Assembly (NCBI GenBank): GCA_032159775.1
Contig: JAVHWK010000018.1
From: Mycobacterium sp.
GTDB lineage: Bacteria > Actinomycetota > Actinomycetes > Mycobacteriales > Mycobacteriaceae
Reading direction: 5' to 3' (one strand)
Length of the DNA: 64,000 bases
Below are positions 53,101-64,000 of the stretch, piece after piece (position 1 is the stretch's first letter; each line of letters begins with the position of its first letter). A program made the translations under genes and the position numbers. A model generated the notes under the pieces. It saw only the letters and a list, made by a program, of their open reading frames with translations, did not search any database and was not told where the DNA came from.

Positions 53101-53183
53101 GCCAGAACCTGATCGGCCTGGTGCTTGCGGTCCTGCTGGCGCTGTTCCTCTTCGCTGCCCTGCTCTTCCCCGAGAGGTTCTAG
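53097..53183 (+). CDS. kdpF: Potassium-transporting ATPase subunit F
   Basis: [28 protein letters not shown] (28 aa) matches the KdpF pattern ending ...FAALLFPE(K/R)F. Its stop overlaps the kdpA GTG by 1 nt. Confidence 0.75.
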   Translation: MSQNLIGLVLAVLLALFLFAALLFPERF

Positions 53184-54856
53184 TGAGTTCTACGACGGCG
53201 GGGATCCTGTTCCTCGCATCCTTGATCATCGCCCTCGCCGCCGTTCACGTGCCGCTGGGCGACTACATGTACCGCGTCTACACCTCCTCAAAGGATTGGC
53301 GTGCCGAGCGCGTCGCCTACCGGTTGATTGGCGCCGACCCGAAGTCCGAGCAGACGTGGAGCGCCTACGCGCGCAGTGTGCTGGCCTTCTCGGCGGTCAG
53401 CGTCCTCTTCCTGTTGCTCTTGCAGCTGGTGCAGGGCAAGTTGCCGCTGGATCTCAATGACTCCGGCACGCCGATGACGCCTGCGCTTGCCTGGAACACC
53501 GCCGTCAGCTTCGTCACCAATACGAACTGGCAGGCCTATTCCGGCGAGTCGACCCAGGGTCATCTTGTGCAGATGGCCGGTCTCGCCGTGCAGAACTTCG
53601 CGTCCGCGGCGGTCGGCATGGCCGTCGCGATGGCGTTCGTGCGCGGGCTGGCCCGCCGCAGAACCGGCGAGCTCGGCAACTTCTGGGTCGATCTGGTGCG
53701 CGGAAGCATCCGAATCCTGCTGCCGCTCTCCATCATCGCCGCCATCATCCTGATCGCCGGCGGCACCATCCAGAATTTCGCACTGCACGACCAGATGGTC
53801 AACACCCTTGTCGGCGGCCAACAGACGATCCCGGGTGGTCCGGTCGCAAGCCAGGAGGCCATCAAGGAACTCGGCACCAACGGCGGCGGGTTCTTCAATG
53901 CCAACTCCGCGCATCCCTTCGAAAACCCCACCGCGTGGACCAACTGGGTTGAGATCTTCCTGCTGGCCTGCATCGCGTTCTCCCTCCCCCGCACCTTCGG
54001 CCGCATGGTCGAGAGCCGCAAGCAGGGCTACGCCACCGCCGCAGCGATGTCAGTGATCGCAATGACCAGCGTCACGTTGATGATGTGGTTCCAAATCCAG
54101 CACCACGGAACGGTTCCCACTGCGGCCGGGTCCTCCATGGAGGGCGTGGAACAGCGCTTCGGGGTGCCGAATTCAGCGGTCTTCGCCGATCTGACCACGT
54201 TGACATCGACGGGTGCGGTGGACTCGTTTCACGACTCCTACACCAGCCTCGGGGGCTTGATCACGCTGTTCAACATGCAACTCGGAGAGGTGGCGCCAGG
54301 CGGCGTCGGGTCCGGCTTGTACGGCATGCTCATCCTGGCCATCATCACGGTGTTCGTCGCCGGGCTGATGGTTGGCCGCACACCGGAGTACCTCGGCAAG
54401 AAGATCACTCCGCGGGAAATCAAGCTCGCCGCAACGTATTTCCTGATCACGCCGCTGATCGTGCTGACCGGCGCCGCGGTCGCGATGGCGATGCCGGGCC
54501 AACGGGCGGGCATGCTCAACACCGGGCCGCACGGCCTTTCCGAAGTCCTGTACGCCTTCACGTCGGCAGCCAACAACAACGGCTCGGCATTCGCGGGCAT
54601 CGGCGTGAACACCGTCTGGTACAACACCGCACTCGGAGTTGCGATGCTGTTCGGCCGGTTCCTGCCGATCATCTTCGTGCTGGCGTTGGCCGGTTCATTG
54701 GCCAGACAGGGCAAGACGCCCGACTCCGTCGGCACCCTGCCCACTCACCGGCCGCAATTCGTCGGCATGGTGGCCGGGGTCACGTTGATCCTGGTCGCCC
54801 TCACGTTCCTGCCCATGCTCGCGCTGGGCCCCCTCGCCGACGGAATCCACTCATGA
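53183..54856 (+). CDS. kdpA: Potassium-transporting ATPase subunit A
   Basis: 557-aa polytopic protein with KdpA signatures ([37 protein letters not shown]). Confidence 0.95.
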   Translation: MSSTTAGILFLASLIIALAAVHVPLGDYMYRVYTSSKDWRAERVAYRLIGADPKSEQTWSAYARSVLAFSAVSVLFLLLLQLVQGKLPLDLNDSGTPMTPALAWNTAVSFVTNTNWQAYSGESTQGHLVQMAGLAVQNFASAAVGMAVAMAFVRGLARRRTGELGNFWVDLVRGSIRILLPLSIIAAIILIAGGTIQNFALHDQMVNTLVGGQQTIPGGPVASQEAIKELGTNGGGFFNANSAHPFENPTAWTNWVEIFLLACIAFSLPRTFGRMVESRKQGYATAAAMSVIAMTSVTLMMWFQIQHHGTVPTAAGSSMEGVEQRFGVPNSAVFADLTTLTSTGAVDSFHDSYTSLGGLITLFNMQLGEVAPGGVGSGLYGMLILAIITVFVAGLMVGRTPEYLGKKITPREIKLAATYFLITPLIVLTGAAVAMAMPGQRAGMLNTGPHGLSEVLYAFTSAANNNGSAFAGIGVNTVWYNTALGVAMLFGRFLPIIFVLALAGSLARQGKTPDSVGTLPTHRPQFVGMVAGVTLILVALTFLPMLALGPLADGIHS

Positions 54857-57000
54857 CCTCGAACACGATTGATCTCACACCGGCCACGCAGCCGAAACCG
54901 ATTGCGGCCAAACGTGTCCAGGGCGGCCTGCTCGACCCTCAGATGCTGAGGAAGGCGATGCCCGACGCGCTGCGCAAACTCAATCCGCGCACGCTGTGGC
55001 GCAATCCCGTGATGTTCATCGTGGAGATCGGCGCCGCCTGGAGCACCGTCCTCGCAGTCATCGAGCCGTCGTGGTTCGCCTGGCTGATCGTGGTGTGGCT
55101 GTGGCTGACGGTCCTCTTTGCCAACCTCGCCGAAGCCGTCGCCGAAGGCCGAGGCAAGGCGCAGGCCGAAACGTTACGCAAAACGAAGACCGACACCATG
55201 GCGCGGCGCCTGATCGGATGGACACCCGGCGCCTCTGGTAGTGGAGAGGAAGTGTCCGCTCCGCTGCTGCAACAGGGCGACTTCGTGGTGGTCGAAGCCG
55301 GCCAGACAATACCCGGCGATGGCGATGTCATGGAAGGCATTGCCTCCGTTGACGAGTCGGCGATCACCGGTGAGTCGGCGCCTGTCATCCGGGAGTCCGG
55401 TGGCGACCGATCCGCGGTCACCGGCGGCACGACGGTGTTGTCGGACCGCGTCGTCGTCAAGATCACCCAGCGGCCGGGCGAAAGCTTCATCGACCGGATG
55501 ATCGCACTCGTCGAGGGCGCCAACCGGCAGAAGACGCCCAACGAGATCGCACTCAACATCCTGCTCGCGTCGTTGACGATCATATTCCTGTTCGCGGTCG
55601 CGACGCTGCAGCCGCTCGCGATCTTCTCCAAGGCGAACAATCCGGGCGTGCCGAACACGTTGGCGCTCAATGGCAGTGGAGTTTCCGGCATCGTCATGGT
55701 CTCCCTGCTGGTCTGCCTGATCCCGACGACTATCGGCGCCCTGCTGTCGGCCATCGGAATCGCAGGCATGGACCGTCTCGTGCAGCGCAACGTTCTGGCG
55801 ATGTCGGGTCGTGCGGTCGAGGCGGCGGGCGACGTGAACACGCTGCTGCTCGACAAGACCGGGACTATCACCCTTGGCAATCGTCAGGCCGCGGATTTCG
55901 TGCCGCTGACAGGCGTGACGCCCGACGCCCTTGCCGGCGCGGCCCAACTGTCCAGCCTCGCTGACGAAACGCCGGAAGGCCGTTCGATCATCGTGTTCGC
56001 CAAGCAGGAGTACGGGTTACGGGCGCGCACGCCGGGTGAGCTGGACTCCGCACACTGGGTGGAGTTCAGCGCCACCACGCGGATGTCCGGCGTCGACCTG
56101 CGAGATGGTCACCTGTTGCGCAAGGGCGCGGCGAGCTCGGTGGCCGAATGGGTGCGTTCCCAAGGCGGAACGGTGCCGACCGAACTCGGTGACATCGTCG
56201 ACGGCATCTCCGCGGCGGGCGGCACTCCCCTTGTCGTCGGCGAGGTGCTCGACCATCAGGCGTCGGTGCTCGGCGTGATCCACCTCAAGGACGTGGTGAA
56301 GCAAGGCATGCGGGAACGGTTCGACGAGATGCGTCGGATGGGCATCCGCACCGTGATGATCACCGGCGACAACCCGTTGACCGCCAAAGCGATTGCCGAC
56401 GAGGCCGGCGTCGACGACTTCCTCGCGGAGGCCACTCCCGAGGACAAGATGGCGCTGATCAAGAAGGAGCAGGCAGGCGGCAAGCTGGTCGCGATGACCG
56501 GCGACGGCACCAACGACGCACCCGCGCTGGCTCAGGCCGACGTCGGCGTCGCAATGAACACCGGCACGTCGGCGGCCAAAGAAGCAGGCAACATGGTCGA
56601 TCTCGATTCCGACCCGACCAAGCTCATCGAGATCGTCGAGATCGGCAAGCAGTTGCTCATCACCCGCGGCGCGTTGACCACATTCTCGATCGCCAACGAC
56701 ATCGCGAAATACTTCGCGATCATCCCCGCGATGTTCGTGGCGCTGTTCCCCGGCCTCGACCTGCTCAACATCATGCGGTTGCACAGCCCCCAGTCGGCGA
56801 TCCTGTCCGCGGTCATCTTCAACGCGCTCATTATCATTGCCCTCATTCCGCTTTCGCTGCGGGGCGTGCGGTATACGCCGAGCAGCGCGTCGAAGTTGTT
56901 GAGCCGGAACCTCTACGTCTATGGCCTTGGCGGCATCATCGCGCCGTTCATCGGCATCAAGTTGATCGATCTCGTCATCCAACTATTTCCGGGAATGTGA
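54853..57000 (+). CDS. kdpB: Potassium-transporting P-type ATPase subunit B
   Basis: ATGA overlap with kdp[12 protein letters not shown] phosphorylation site, [12 protein letters not shown] and [16 protein letters not shown]. The track ORF extension back to 54085 is rejected. Confidence 0.95.
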   Translation: MTSNTIDLTPATQPKPIAAKRVQGGLLDPQMLRKAMPDALRKLNPRTLWRNPVMFIVEIGAAWSTVLAVIEPSWFAWLIVVWLWLTVLFANLAEAVAEGRGKAQAETLRKTKTDTMARRLIGWTPGASGSGEEVSAPLLQQGDFVVVEAGQTIPGDGDVMEGIASVDESAITGESAPVIRESGGDRSAVTGGTTVLSDRVVVKITQRPGESFIDRMIALVEGANRQKTPNEIALNILLASLTIIFLFAVATLQPLAIFSKANNPGVPNTLALNGSGVSGIVMVSLLVCLIPTTIGALLSAIGIAGMDRLVQRNVLAMSGRAVEAAGDVNTLLLDKTGTITLGNRQAADFVPLTGVTPDALAGAAQLSSLADETPEGRSIIVFAKQEYGLRARTPGELDSAHWVEFSATTRMSGVDLRDGHLLRKGAASSVAEWVRSQGGTVPTELGDIVDGISAAGGTPLVVGEVLDHQASVLGVIHLKDVVKQGMRERFDEMRRMGIRTVMITGDNPLTAKAIADEAGVDDFLAEATPEDKMALIKKEQAGGKLVAMTGDGTNDAPALAQADVGVAMNTGTSAAKEAGNMVDLDSDPTKLIEIVEIGKQLLITRGALTTFSIANDIAKYFAIIPAMFVALFPGLDLLNIMRLHSPQSAILSAVIFNALIIIALIPLSLRGVRYTPSSASKLLSRNLYVYGLGGIIAPFIGIKLIDLVIQLFPGM

Positions 57001-57911
57001 AAATGAAGCCATCGAACATCGCTCGTCAACACTGGGCGGCGCTACGAGCCCTGCTGGTGCTCACCGTCATCCTCGGCCTGGCCTACCCGGCGTTCATCTG
57101 GCTCGTCGCCCAACTGCCCGGGCTGCGCCAGAAAGCCGACGGGTCGATCATCGAGGCCGCCGGAAAACCGGTCGGCAGCAGCCTGATCGGCCAGTCGTTC
57201 ACCGACAGTGACGGCAATCCGCTACCGCAGTATTTCCAGAGCAGGCCGTCGGCGGCCGGAGACGGCTACGACCCGATGGCCACCGGCGCGAGCAACCTCG
57301 GACCGGAGAGCATTGTCGACACCGCAGGAGACCCCTCACTGCCCAAGGACGACAACGGCTTCAAACCCAGCCTGCTCACCCTGGTGTGCACACGCAGTGC
57401 CGCCGCGGCCGAACTCGACGGCGTCGACGGCGCCCGGCCGTTCTGTACGGGCGACGGTGTCGGCGCGGTGTTGTCGGTGATCGGCCCCCGAGATGCGCGC
57501 GGCGACGTCGCCTACCCGACGCGTGTCGTCAGCGTCAACGAGCCCTGCCAGACCACGGCAGCGCCGTTCCTGAACACCTACGAAGGCGTCCGGGTGCAGT
57601 GCGCCCGCTACGGCGAGGACTACAGCATCGGCCAGATCGTTCCCATCCGGGGCAGCGCGCCCGCGGACCCGGCGGTGCCCGCCGACGCCGTCACCGCCAG
57701 CGGCAGCGGTCTCGATCCGCATATCTCCATCGCCTACGCCGACATGCAGGTCAGTCGCATCGCACACGCCCGCGGCACATCCGCGGACCTGGTCAGGGCG
57801 GCCGTCGCCGACAACACCGTCGGACGCTGGCTCGGCTTCGTCGGCGAGCCGACGGTCAACGTGCTGACGCTCAACCTGGAGCTGGACCAGAACTATCCGG
57901 CAAAGAGCTGA
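56997..57911 (+). CDS. kdpC: Potassium-transporting ATPase subunit C, unusually long (~304 aa)
   Basis: N-terminal [22 protein letters not shown] and [18 protein letters not shown] are KdpC signatures. The GTG 56997 or ATG 57003 start overlaps or abuts the kdpB stop. Confidence 0.9.
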   Translation: MKMKPSNIARQHWAALRALLVLTVILGLAYPAFIWLVAQLPGLRQKADGSIIEAAGKPVGSSLIGQSFTDSDGNPLPQYFQSRPSAAGDGYDPMATGASNLGPESIVDTAGDPSLPKDDNGFKPSLLTLVCTRSAAAAELDGVDGARPFCTGDGVGAVLSVIGPRDARGDVAYPTRVVSVNEPCQTTAAPFLNTYEGVRVQCARYGEDYSIGQIVPIRGSAPADPAVPADAVTASGSGLDPHISIAYADMQVSRIAHARGTSADLVRAAVADNTVGRWLGFVGEPTVNVLTLNLELDQNYPAKS

Positions 57912-57918
57912 CCCACCG

Positions 57919-60464
57919 GTGGATGATGAGCATGTGAGTACGTCGCCGCAGGGCGCCAAACGCGGAGAGCTTCGCATCTACCTGGGCGCAGCTCCCGGCG
58001 TCGGGAAGACGTACGCAATGCTTGGCGAGGCTCACCGTCGAGTGGAGCGCGGCACCGACGTCGTCGCGGCGGTGGTCGAAACGCACGGGCGCGCGAAGAC
58101 CGCGGAGTTGCTTGACGGCATCGAAGTCATCCCCCCTCGCCACATCGACTACCGCGGCACCCGGTTCGCCGAGCTCGACGTCGACGCCGTCCTGAAGCGG
58201 CACCCGCAGGTGGTCCTCGTCGACGAGCTGGCGCACACCAACACCCCGGGCAGCAAAAACTCCAAACGTTGGCAGGATGTCGACGAGATACTCGACGCGG
58301 GCATCACCGTGATCTCGACGGTCAACGTGCAGCACCTCGAGAGCCTCAACGACGTTGTCACCCAGATCACCGGCATCGAGCAGCAGGAGAAGGTTCCCGA
58401 CGAGGTCGTCCGCGCCGCCGATCAGATCGAACTGGTCGACATCACACCAGAAGCGTTACGGCGCAGGCTTTCCCACGGGAACGTATATGCCTCCGCGCGC
58501 ATCGACGCCGCGCTGTCCAACTACTTCAGGCAAGGTAACCTGACCGCGCTACGGGAGCTGGCGTTGCTCTGGCTGGCCGACCAGGTCGACGCCGCGCTCG
58601 TCAAATACCGCTCCGACAAACACATCACGGATACCTGGGAGGCGCGCGAGCGGGTCGTGGTCGCCGTCACCGGCGGGCAGGAGTCCGAAACCCTTGTCCG
58701 TCGTGCGTTTCGGATCGCATCGAAGTCCAGCGCGGAGCTGATGGTGGTGCACGTCGTGCGCGGTGACGGGCTGTCCGGCGTGTCTGCGCCCCAGATGGGC
58801 AAGGTGCGCGAGCTGGCGGCCAGCCTGGGCGCCACCGTCCATACGGTCGTCGGAGACGACGTGCCCGCTGCACTTCTGGATATCGCCCGCGAGATGAACG
58901 CCACGCAACTGGTCGTGGGCACCTCTCGTCGGTCGCGGTGGGCCCGGGTCCTCGACGAGGGCATCGGCGCCGCCGTCGTACAGCAGTCGGCCAAGATCGA
59001 CGTCCACATGGTCACCCACGGGGAGGTCAAGCGCGGACGGTCATGGTCATCGCTGACTCCCCGCCACCGGCACACCGCGTCCTGGCTCGCGGCACTCGTT
59101 GTGCCGTCGGCCATCTGCGCGCTCATCGTCTGGCTGCTCGACCCCTACCTCGGCGTCGGGGGAGAAAGCGCGCTGTTCTTCATCGGGGTGCTGGTCGTCG
59201 CGCTGCTCGGCGGCGTGGCGCCCGCCGCGCTGTCGGCGCTGCTGTCGGGACTGCTGCTCAACTACTTTCTCGTCGAGCCCAGGTACACCTTCACCATCGC
59301 CGAACCGGACAGCGCGGTCACTGTCGTGGTGCTGCTGCTCGTCGCGGTCGCCGTCGCCGCGCTCGTGGACGGCGCCGCCAAGCGGGCCAGAGAGGCGACG
59401 CAGGCCTCCCGCGAAGCCGAACTCCTCGCGCTGTTCGCCGGTTCGGTGCTGCGGGGGGCCGACCTCGGCACGCTGCTCGAGCGTGTCCGGGAGACCTATG
59501 CCCAGCGTGCCGTGGCCATGCTCCGCGTCACCGACGACGTCGAAAGCGTCGTCGCGTGCGTCGGGAACGATCCGTGCGTTTCGCCAGCGTCGGCCGACAC
59601 CGCCATCGAGGTCGGCGACGACCAGTTCTGGATGCTGATGGCAGGCAGGCAACTTGCCGCACGCGACCGCCGAGTGCTGACCGCCGTCGCGAAACAGGCG
59701 GCGGGCCTCGTCAAGCAGCGGGAGCTCTCCGAGGAAGCGGGCAGAGCCGAAGCGATCGCGCAGGCCGACGAGCTGCGCCGCTCACTGCTGTCGGCCGTCA
59801 GCCACGACTTGCGCACACCGCTTGCGGCCGCCAAGGCAGCGGTGTCGAGTCTGCGCAGCGACGACGTCGACTTCTCCGCCGAGGACACCTCCGAGCTGCT
59901 CGCCACCATCGAGGAGTCGATCGACCAGCTGACAGCGCTCGTCGGCAATCTGCTCGACTCCTCGCGGCTGGCGGCCGGGGTCATCGCGCCGAACCTGCAG
60001 TCGGTCTACCTGGAGGAGACGGTGCAGCGGGCGCTCGTGGGAATCAGCAAGCACTCCAGCGGTTTTCGTAGTGTCGCGCTGGACCGGGTAAAGGTGGAAG
60101 TCGACGATGCCGTCGCGATGGCCGACGCCGGGCTACTCGAGCGAGTGCTCGCGAACGTGATCGACAACGCTCTGCGTTATGCGCCCGACAGCCCTGTGCG
60201 GGTCACGGCGAGCACCGTCGGTGGCCGGGTGCTGATTGCGGTGATCGATGACGGGCCCGGCATACCGCGCGGCACCGCGGAGCAGTTGTTCGCGCCGTTT
60301 CAGCGGCTCGGCGACCAGGACAACACCACCGGCATCGGCCTCGGCCTTTCCGTTGCGAAGGGGTTCATCGAAGCGATGGGAGGAACGATTCAGGCCACCG
60401 ACACACCCGGCGGCGGACTGACCGTACTCGTCGAACTTGATGCTCCCTCAGGGGATTCGGCGAT

Positions 60465-60468
<4 letters not shown>
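57919..60468 (+). CDS. kdpD: Sensor histidine kinase KdpD
   Basis: N-terminal KdpD domain (RIYLGAAPGVGKTYAML), a Usp-like region, 4 TM, a GAF-like region, the His box LLSAVSHDLRTPL, and ATPase boxes (DNALRYA, GIGLGLS). Confidence 0.9.
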
Positions 60469-61145
<677 letters not shown>

Positions 61146-61227
61146 CTGTCGCGATGTTGGGACCGGTAGCAGCGGGGTGGTGTTGGGATGCACATAACAG
61201 TCCAACACACACGAGAGAGACCAGAAC

Positions 61228-61539
61228 ATGAACCGACGAATCGCAGCACTGGCATCCGCAGTATTGGCTAGCTGTGGCTTGGGGTTGGCAGCTCCTGCCC
61301 TGGCCGGACCCCTACCGCCGCATACGTGGTGCCCAGGCAATTCCATGGTGTACTCCCGCTACGACATGTCGTCGGGACCCGGGGTTGCCTACACGTGGGA
61401 CATGAATGTCTGCCACACGTGGTACTTCGTAGAGCACGAGGCAGGCAACGTTCCGTACAAGGGCGAGCTACCAAGCGGTGTATGGGACGGAGACAATCCG
61501 CCTTCCATTCGACAGGATTCATGCGATTTCTGCTCGTAG
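61228..61539 (+). CDS. Small secreted Cys-rich protein (WCPG ... WD..VCHTW motif)
   Basis: Signal peptide MNRRIAALASAVLASCGLGLAAPALA. The mature part has 4 Cys. I recall the motif from small mycobacterial secreted proteins, but the family was not confirmed. Confidence 0.7.
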   Translation: MNRRIAALASAVLASCGLGLAAPALAGPLPPHTWCPGNSMVYSRYDMSSGPGVAYTWDMNVCHTWYFVEHEAGNVPYKGELPSGVWDGDNPPSIRQDSCDFCS

Positions 61540-61621
61540 GCAAGCGACTTTTCACGGCGAGCAGTCGCAAAAGTACCCATCTTGGGCCCTCTGCGGGTAT
61601 TTTTGCGTCTGCTCGCGCAGG

Positions 61622-62485
61622 TTAGTGAGCCGTCTCGTCGGCGAGCGCGATCAGCTTCTTGCGCACCAAGTCTGGCCGTTCGTCGACGACGAAGTGCGAG
61701 GCATCGACGGTCTCGACCGTGTAGTCGTCGGCCTTGGCGGTTGCGGGATCGATGAACGAAGGGGCGACCGCGAAGTCGCCGGTGCCGTACAGAGCACGGA
61801 TCGGTATTGCTATTCGACGGGTCTCGGGATTGCGCGCACCATGCGGGATCTCGTGCGTCAGGAACGTCCGGTAGGTGTCCCTTCCTGCCTTCGCGCAGAC
61901 CGGGTCACGGAACCGTTCGGCGAAGACGCGTGCGGAGTCGCGATCCATCCTGGAGCCGACGACAAAGATCACCCGCTCGACGTATGGGGTGCGCCGCTGG
62001 ACGGCGATCCCGAACGTGGCGAGCGGCAACTGGTACACGAAGCGCCACAGGTGCGGCAGCACCGCGCGTGCCGACAACCACGGGTGGGCCATGTTGCACA
62101 CGAGATAGCCCTCGAATCGCTCGGGCTCGCGCAACACCATCAGATATCCCGCGGCCGCGCCCCAGTCATGGGCCAGCAGCAGGACCCGGTCGAGCCCTAG
62201 CGCATCGAGTAGCGCCAGCACGTCGGTCGCAATGTCTTCCTTGGCCCATTTGTGCGGAGCGGGGCCGGACCAGCCGTAGCCGGGCAGGTCAGGCGCAATG
62301 ATCCGAAGCCCGGGCGGCGGGTCGGCGAGCAGGTCGCGGTACTCCCAGTGGTGTTGCGGCCAGCCGTGCAGGGCGAGAACGGGGCGGCCGTCGGGCGGCC
62401 CGGCCTCGGTCACATGAAAGCGCACCCCGTTGGCCTCCACGAAGGACCGGCGCACCCCGGAAATCGGCGGTGGATCAGCAGTCAT
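61622..62485 (-). CDS. Alpha/beta hydrolase, epoxide hydrolase/haloalkane dehalogenase-like
   Basis: ATG 62485 (MTADPPP...), an HGWP oxyanion motif (LALHGWPQHHWEY) and the nucleophile AHDWGA. The remaining 5' two-thirds of track ORF 61622..63328 is antisense to the prpE-like gene and is rejected. Confidence 0.8.
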   Translation of the reverse strand: MTADPPPISGVRRSFVEANGVRFHVTEAGPPDGRPVLALHGWPQHHWEYRDLLADPPPGLRIIAPDLPGYGWSGPAPHKWAKEDIATDVLALLDALGLDRVLLLAHDWGAAAGYLMVLREPERFEGYLVCNMAHPWLSARAVLPHLWRFVYQLPLATFGIAVQRRTPYVERVIFVVGSRMDRDSARVFAERFRDPVCAKAGRDTYRTFLTHEIPHGARNPETRRIAIPIRALYGTGDFAVAPSFIDPATAKADDYTVETVDASHFVVDERPDLVRKKLIALADETAH

Positions 62486-62527
62486 GAATCGGACTATAGA
62501 GAAGGGCATCGCGGCTACCGTGCGGGT

Positions 62528-64000
62528 ATGGCCGGCTACCGCGAAATGTTCGCAGCGAGCATCTCTGACCCCGCGGCCTTCTGGGCCGACGCCGCCAAGG
62601 CGGTGACCTGGACGCGGGAACCGAAGCAGATCCTCGACGGCTCGAACCCGCCGTTCTACCGCTGGTTCCCCGACGGCGAGCTGAACACCTGCGCCAACGC
62701 GCTTGACCGCCACGTCGAAGGCGGTCGAGGCGACCAGCCCGCGCTCATCTACGACTCGCCGGTGACCGGCTCGCAGCGCACCTACACCTATCGGGAACTG
62801 CTCGACCAGACTGCGCGTTTCGCCGGCGCGCTGCGCGGCCTCGGTGTCGACAAGGGTGACCGCGTCGTCATCTACATGCCGATGATCCCCGAGGCCGTGA
62901 TCGCGATGCTGGCGTGTGCGCGGCTGGGCGCGGTGCACTCCGTGGTGTTCGGCGGCTTCGCCGCCAGCGAGTTGGCCGCCCGCATCGACGACGCCCGGCC
63001 CGCCGCCATCGTCACGGCATCCTGCGGCGTGGAGCCGACACGCACCGTTGACTACAAACCGATGATCGACGCCGCCCTCGACATCGCGGAGTACGCCCCG
63101 CAGGCCTGCGTCATCGTGCAGCGAGAACAGCGGCCCTGCGAACCGCTGGCCGGCCGCGACCACGACTGGAACGACGTGATGGCCGACGCCGAGCCGGTGG
63201 ATCCGGTGCCCGTCGCAGCCACCGACCCGCTGTATGTGCTTTACACATCGGGCACGACGGGAAGGCCAAAGGGCATTGTGCGCGACAACGGCGGGCATGC
63301 CGTCGCGCTGACGTGGAGCATGCGGCACATCTACGACACCGAGCCGGGCGATGTGTACTGGGCGGCCTCAGACGTGGGCTGGGTGGTGGGCCACTCCTAC
63401 ATCGTCTATGGGCCGCTGATGCTCGGCGCGACGAGCGTGCTCTACGAGGGCAAGCCGGTCGGGACGCCGGACGCGGGCGCTTTTTGGCGAGTGGCCGCCG
63501 AGCACGGGGTGAAGGCGTTGTTCACCGCCCCGACCGCGATCCGCGCGATCAAGAAGGAAGACCCGGACGGAACACACCTCGGCAAGTACGACCTCTCGGC
63601 GCTGAAGTATCTGTTCCAGGCGGGTGAGCGGCTCGATCCCGGCACCTACCACTGGGCGTCTGAACGGCTGGGCATCCCGGTCGTCGACCACTGGTGGCAG
63701 ACCGAGACCGGCTGGTCGGTGGCCGCCAACCCGATGGGCGTCGAAGCGCTCGACATCAAGCCGGGCTCGCCCACCGTGCCGATGCCGGGGTACGACGTGG
63801 CCATTCTGCGCCCCGACGGATCGCAAGCGGACCCGAACGAGGAGGGCGCGATCTGCGTGAAGCTGCCGCTGCCGCCGGGGACGCTGCCGACGCTGTGGGG
63901 TGACGACGACCGCTACGTCGCGTCGTATCTGAAAGCGTTCCCCGGCTACTACCTGACGGGCGACGGCGGCTACTTCGACGAGGACGGCTACCTGTACGTG
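62528..64000 (+). CDS. prpE: Propionate/acetate--CoA ligase (PrpE/Acs family), N-terminal ~490 aa; continues beyond the right edge
   Basis: Absent from the ORF track because there is no stop in-window. My translation from ATG 62528 reads MAGYREMFAASISDPAAFWADAAKAVTWTREP...FYRWFPDGELNTCANALDRH...IYMPMIPEAVIAMLACARLGAVHSVVFGGFAA...YTSGTTGRPKGIV...WWQTETGW. The PrpE-versus-Acs call is by resemblance only. Confidence 0.85.
   Translation, partial: MAGYREMFAASISDPAAFWADAAKAVTWTREPKQILDGSNPPFYRWFPDGELNTCANALDRHVEGGRGDQPALIYDSPVTGSQRTYTYRELLDQTARFAGALRGLGVDKGDRVVIYMPMIPEAVIAMLACARLGAVHSVVFGGFAASELAARIDDARPAAIVTASCGVEPTRTVDYKPMIDAALDIAEYAPQACVIVQREQRPCEPLAGRDHDWNDVMADAEPVDPVPVAATDPLYVLYTSGTTGRPKGIVRDNGGHAVALTWSMRHIYDTEPGDVYWAASDVGWVVGHSYIVYGPLMLGATSVLYEGKPVGTPDAGAFWRVAAEHGVKALFTAPTAIRAIKKEDPDGTHLGKYDLSALKYLFQAGERLDPGTYHWASERLGIPVVDHWWQTETGWSVAANPMGVEALDIKPGSPTVPMPGYDVAILRPDGSQADPNEEGAICVKLPLPPGTLPTLWGDDDRYVASYLKAFPGYYLTGDGGYFDEDGYLYV

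Noticed and set aside
54085-54852. The N-terminal 256 codons of the 971-aa track ORF that contains kdpB
   Set aside because: This out-of-frame read-through overlaps kdpA and has an Arg-rich nonsense sequence. The real kdpB starts at ATG 54853 with the conserved MTSN...PKPIAAK.. N-terminus and an ATGA overlap.
61545-61620. Nested inverted repeats (GCGACT/AGTCGC, TACCC/GGGTA followed by T5, GCGAGCAG/CTGCTCGC) between convergent genes, considered as a terminator or small RNA
   Set aside because: The stems are short (5-8 bp) with large loops, so I could not settle on a single convincing structure by eye. It may be a weak bidirectional terminator, but the support was too thin to list it as a feature.
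62486-63328. The upstream 280 codons of the 568-aa minus-strand ORF 61622..63328
   Set aside because: Only the last 287 aa (from ATG 62485) look like an epoxide-hydrolase-type protein. The rest is antisense to the strongly supported prpE-like gene that starts at 62528 on the plus strand.

Overview
High-GC actinobacterial chromosome segment, almost certainly a Mycobacterium. The markers are an antigen-85C-like mycolyltransferase, a PE-PPE-domain hydrolase, DUF3558-type and SodC lipoproteins, a LipJ-like hydrolase-cyclase fusion and an FprB-like ferredoxin-reductase fusion.

Layout:
- 0-34.2 kb looks core-like: fadD-like ligase, dctA with a hydrolase/DcuS-DcuR-type operon, YVTN beta-propeller, PE-PPE hydrolase, protease, amidase, fbpC, F420-type LLM oxidoreductase, C45 Ntn-hydrolase, a FucP-like sugar cluster, MASE1-GAF-PP2C, pcaK-pobA and sodC-DUF4193.
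- 34.2-52.9 kb looks accessory and decayed. It holds at least four disrupted genes, two tRNA 3'-end-like fragments, a serine-recombinase motif remnant, a damaged tyrosine integrase and long A+T-richer spacers. The intact cargo is a P450/TetR/ferredoxin-FNR cluster, several hydrolases and SDRs, and a LipJ-like cyclase.
- 52.9-61.1 kb is a co-directional kdpFABCDE operon, followed by a secreted protein, an epoxide-hydrolase-like gene and a prpE-like gene that runs off the right edge.

I saw no rRNA, CRISPR array, intact IS or prophage.

The most unusual items are:
1. An HNH endonuclease gene whose stop codon sits 1 nt before an atypical short-variable-loop tRNA with a UAA anticodon.
2. Four alternating 8-mers (two hairpins plus a competing middle hairpin) that abut the start codon of the C45 gene.
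3. An ABC-type solute-binding lipoprotein gene overlapping (ATGA) an MFS permease gene, with no ABC membrane or ATPase genes nearby.
4. A 6TM-HAMP cyclase gene cut off exactly at a tRNA 3' fragment.

All calls come from by-eye translation and motif recognition; no searches or folding programs were run. Start codons are approximate, and many track ORFs are antisense shadows typical of high-GC DNA.
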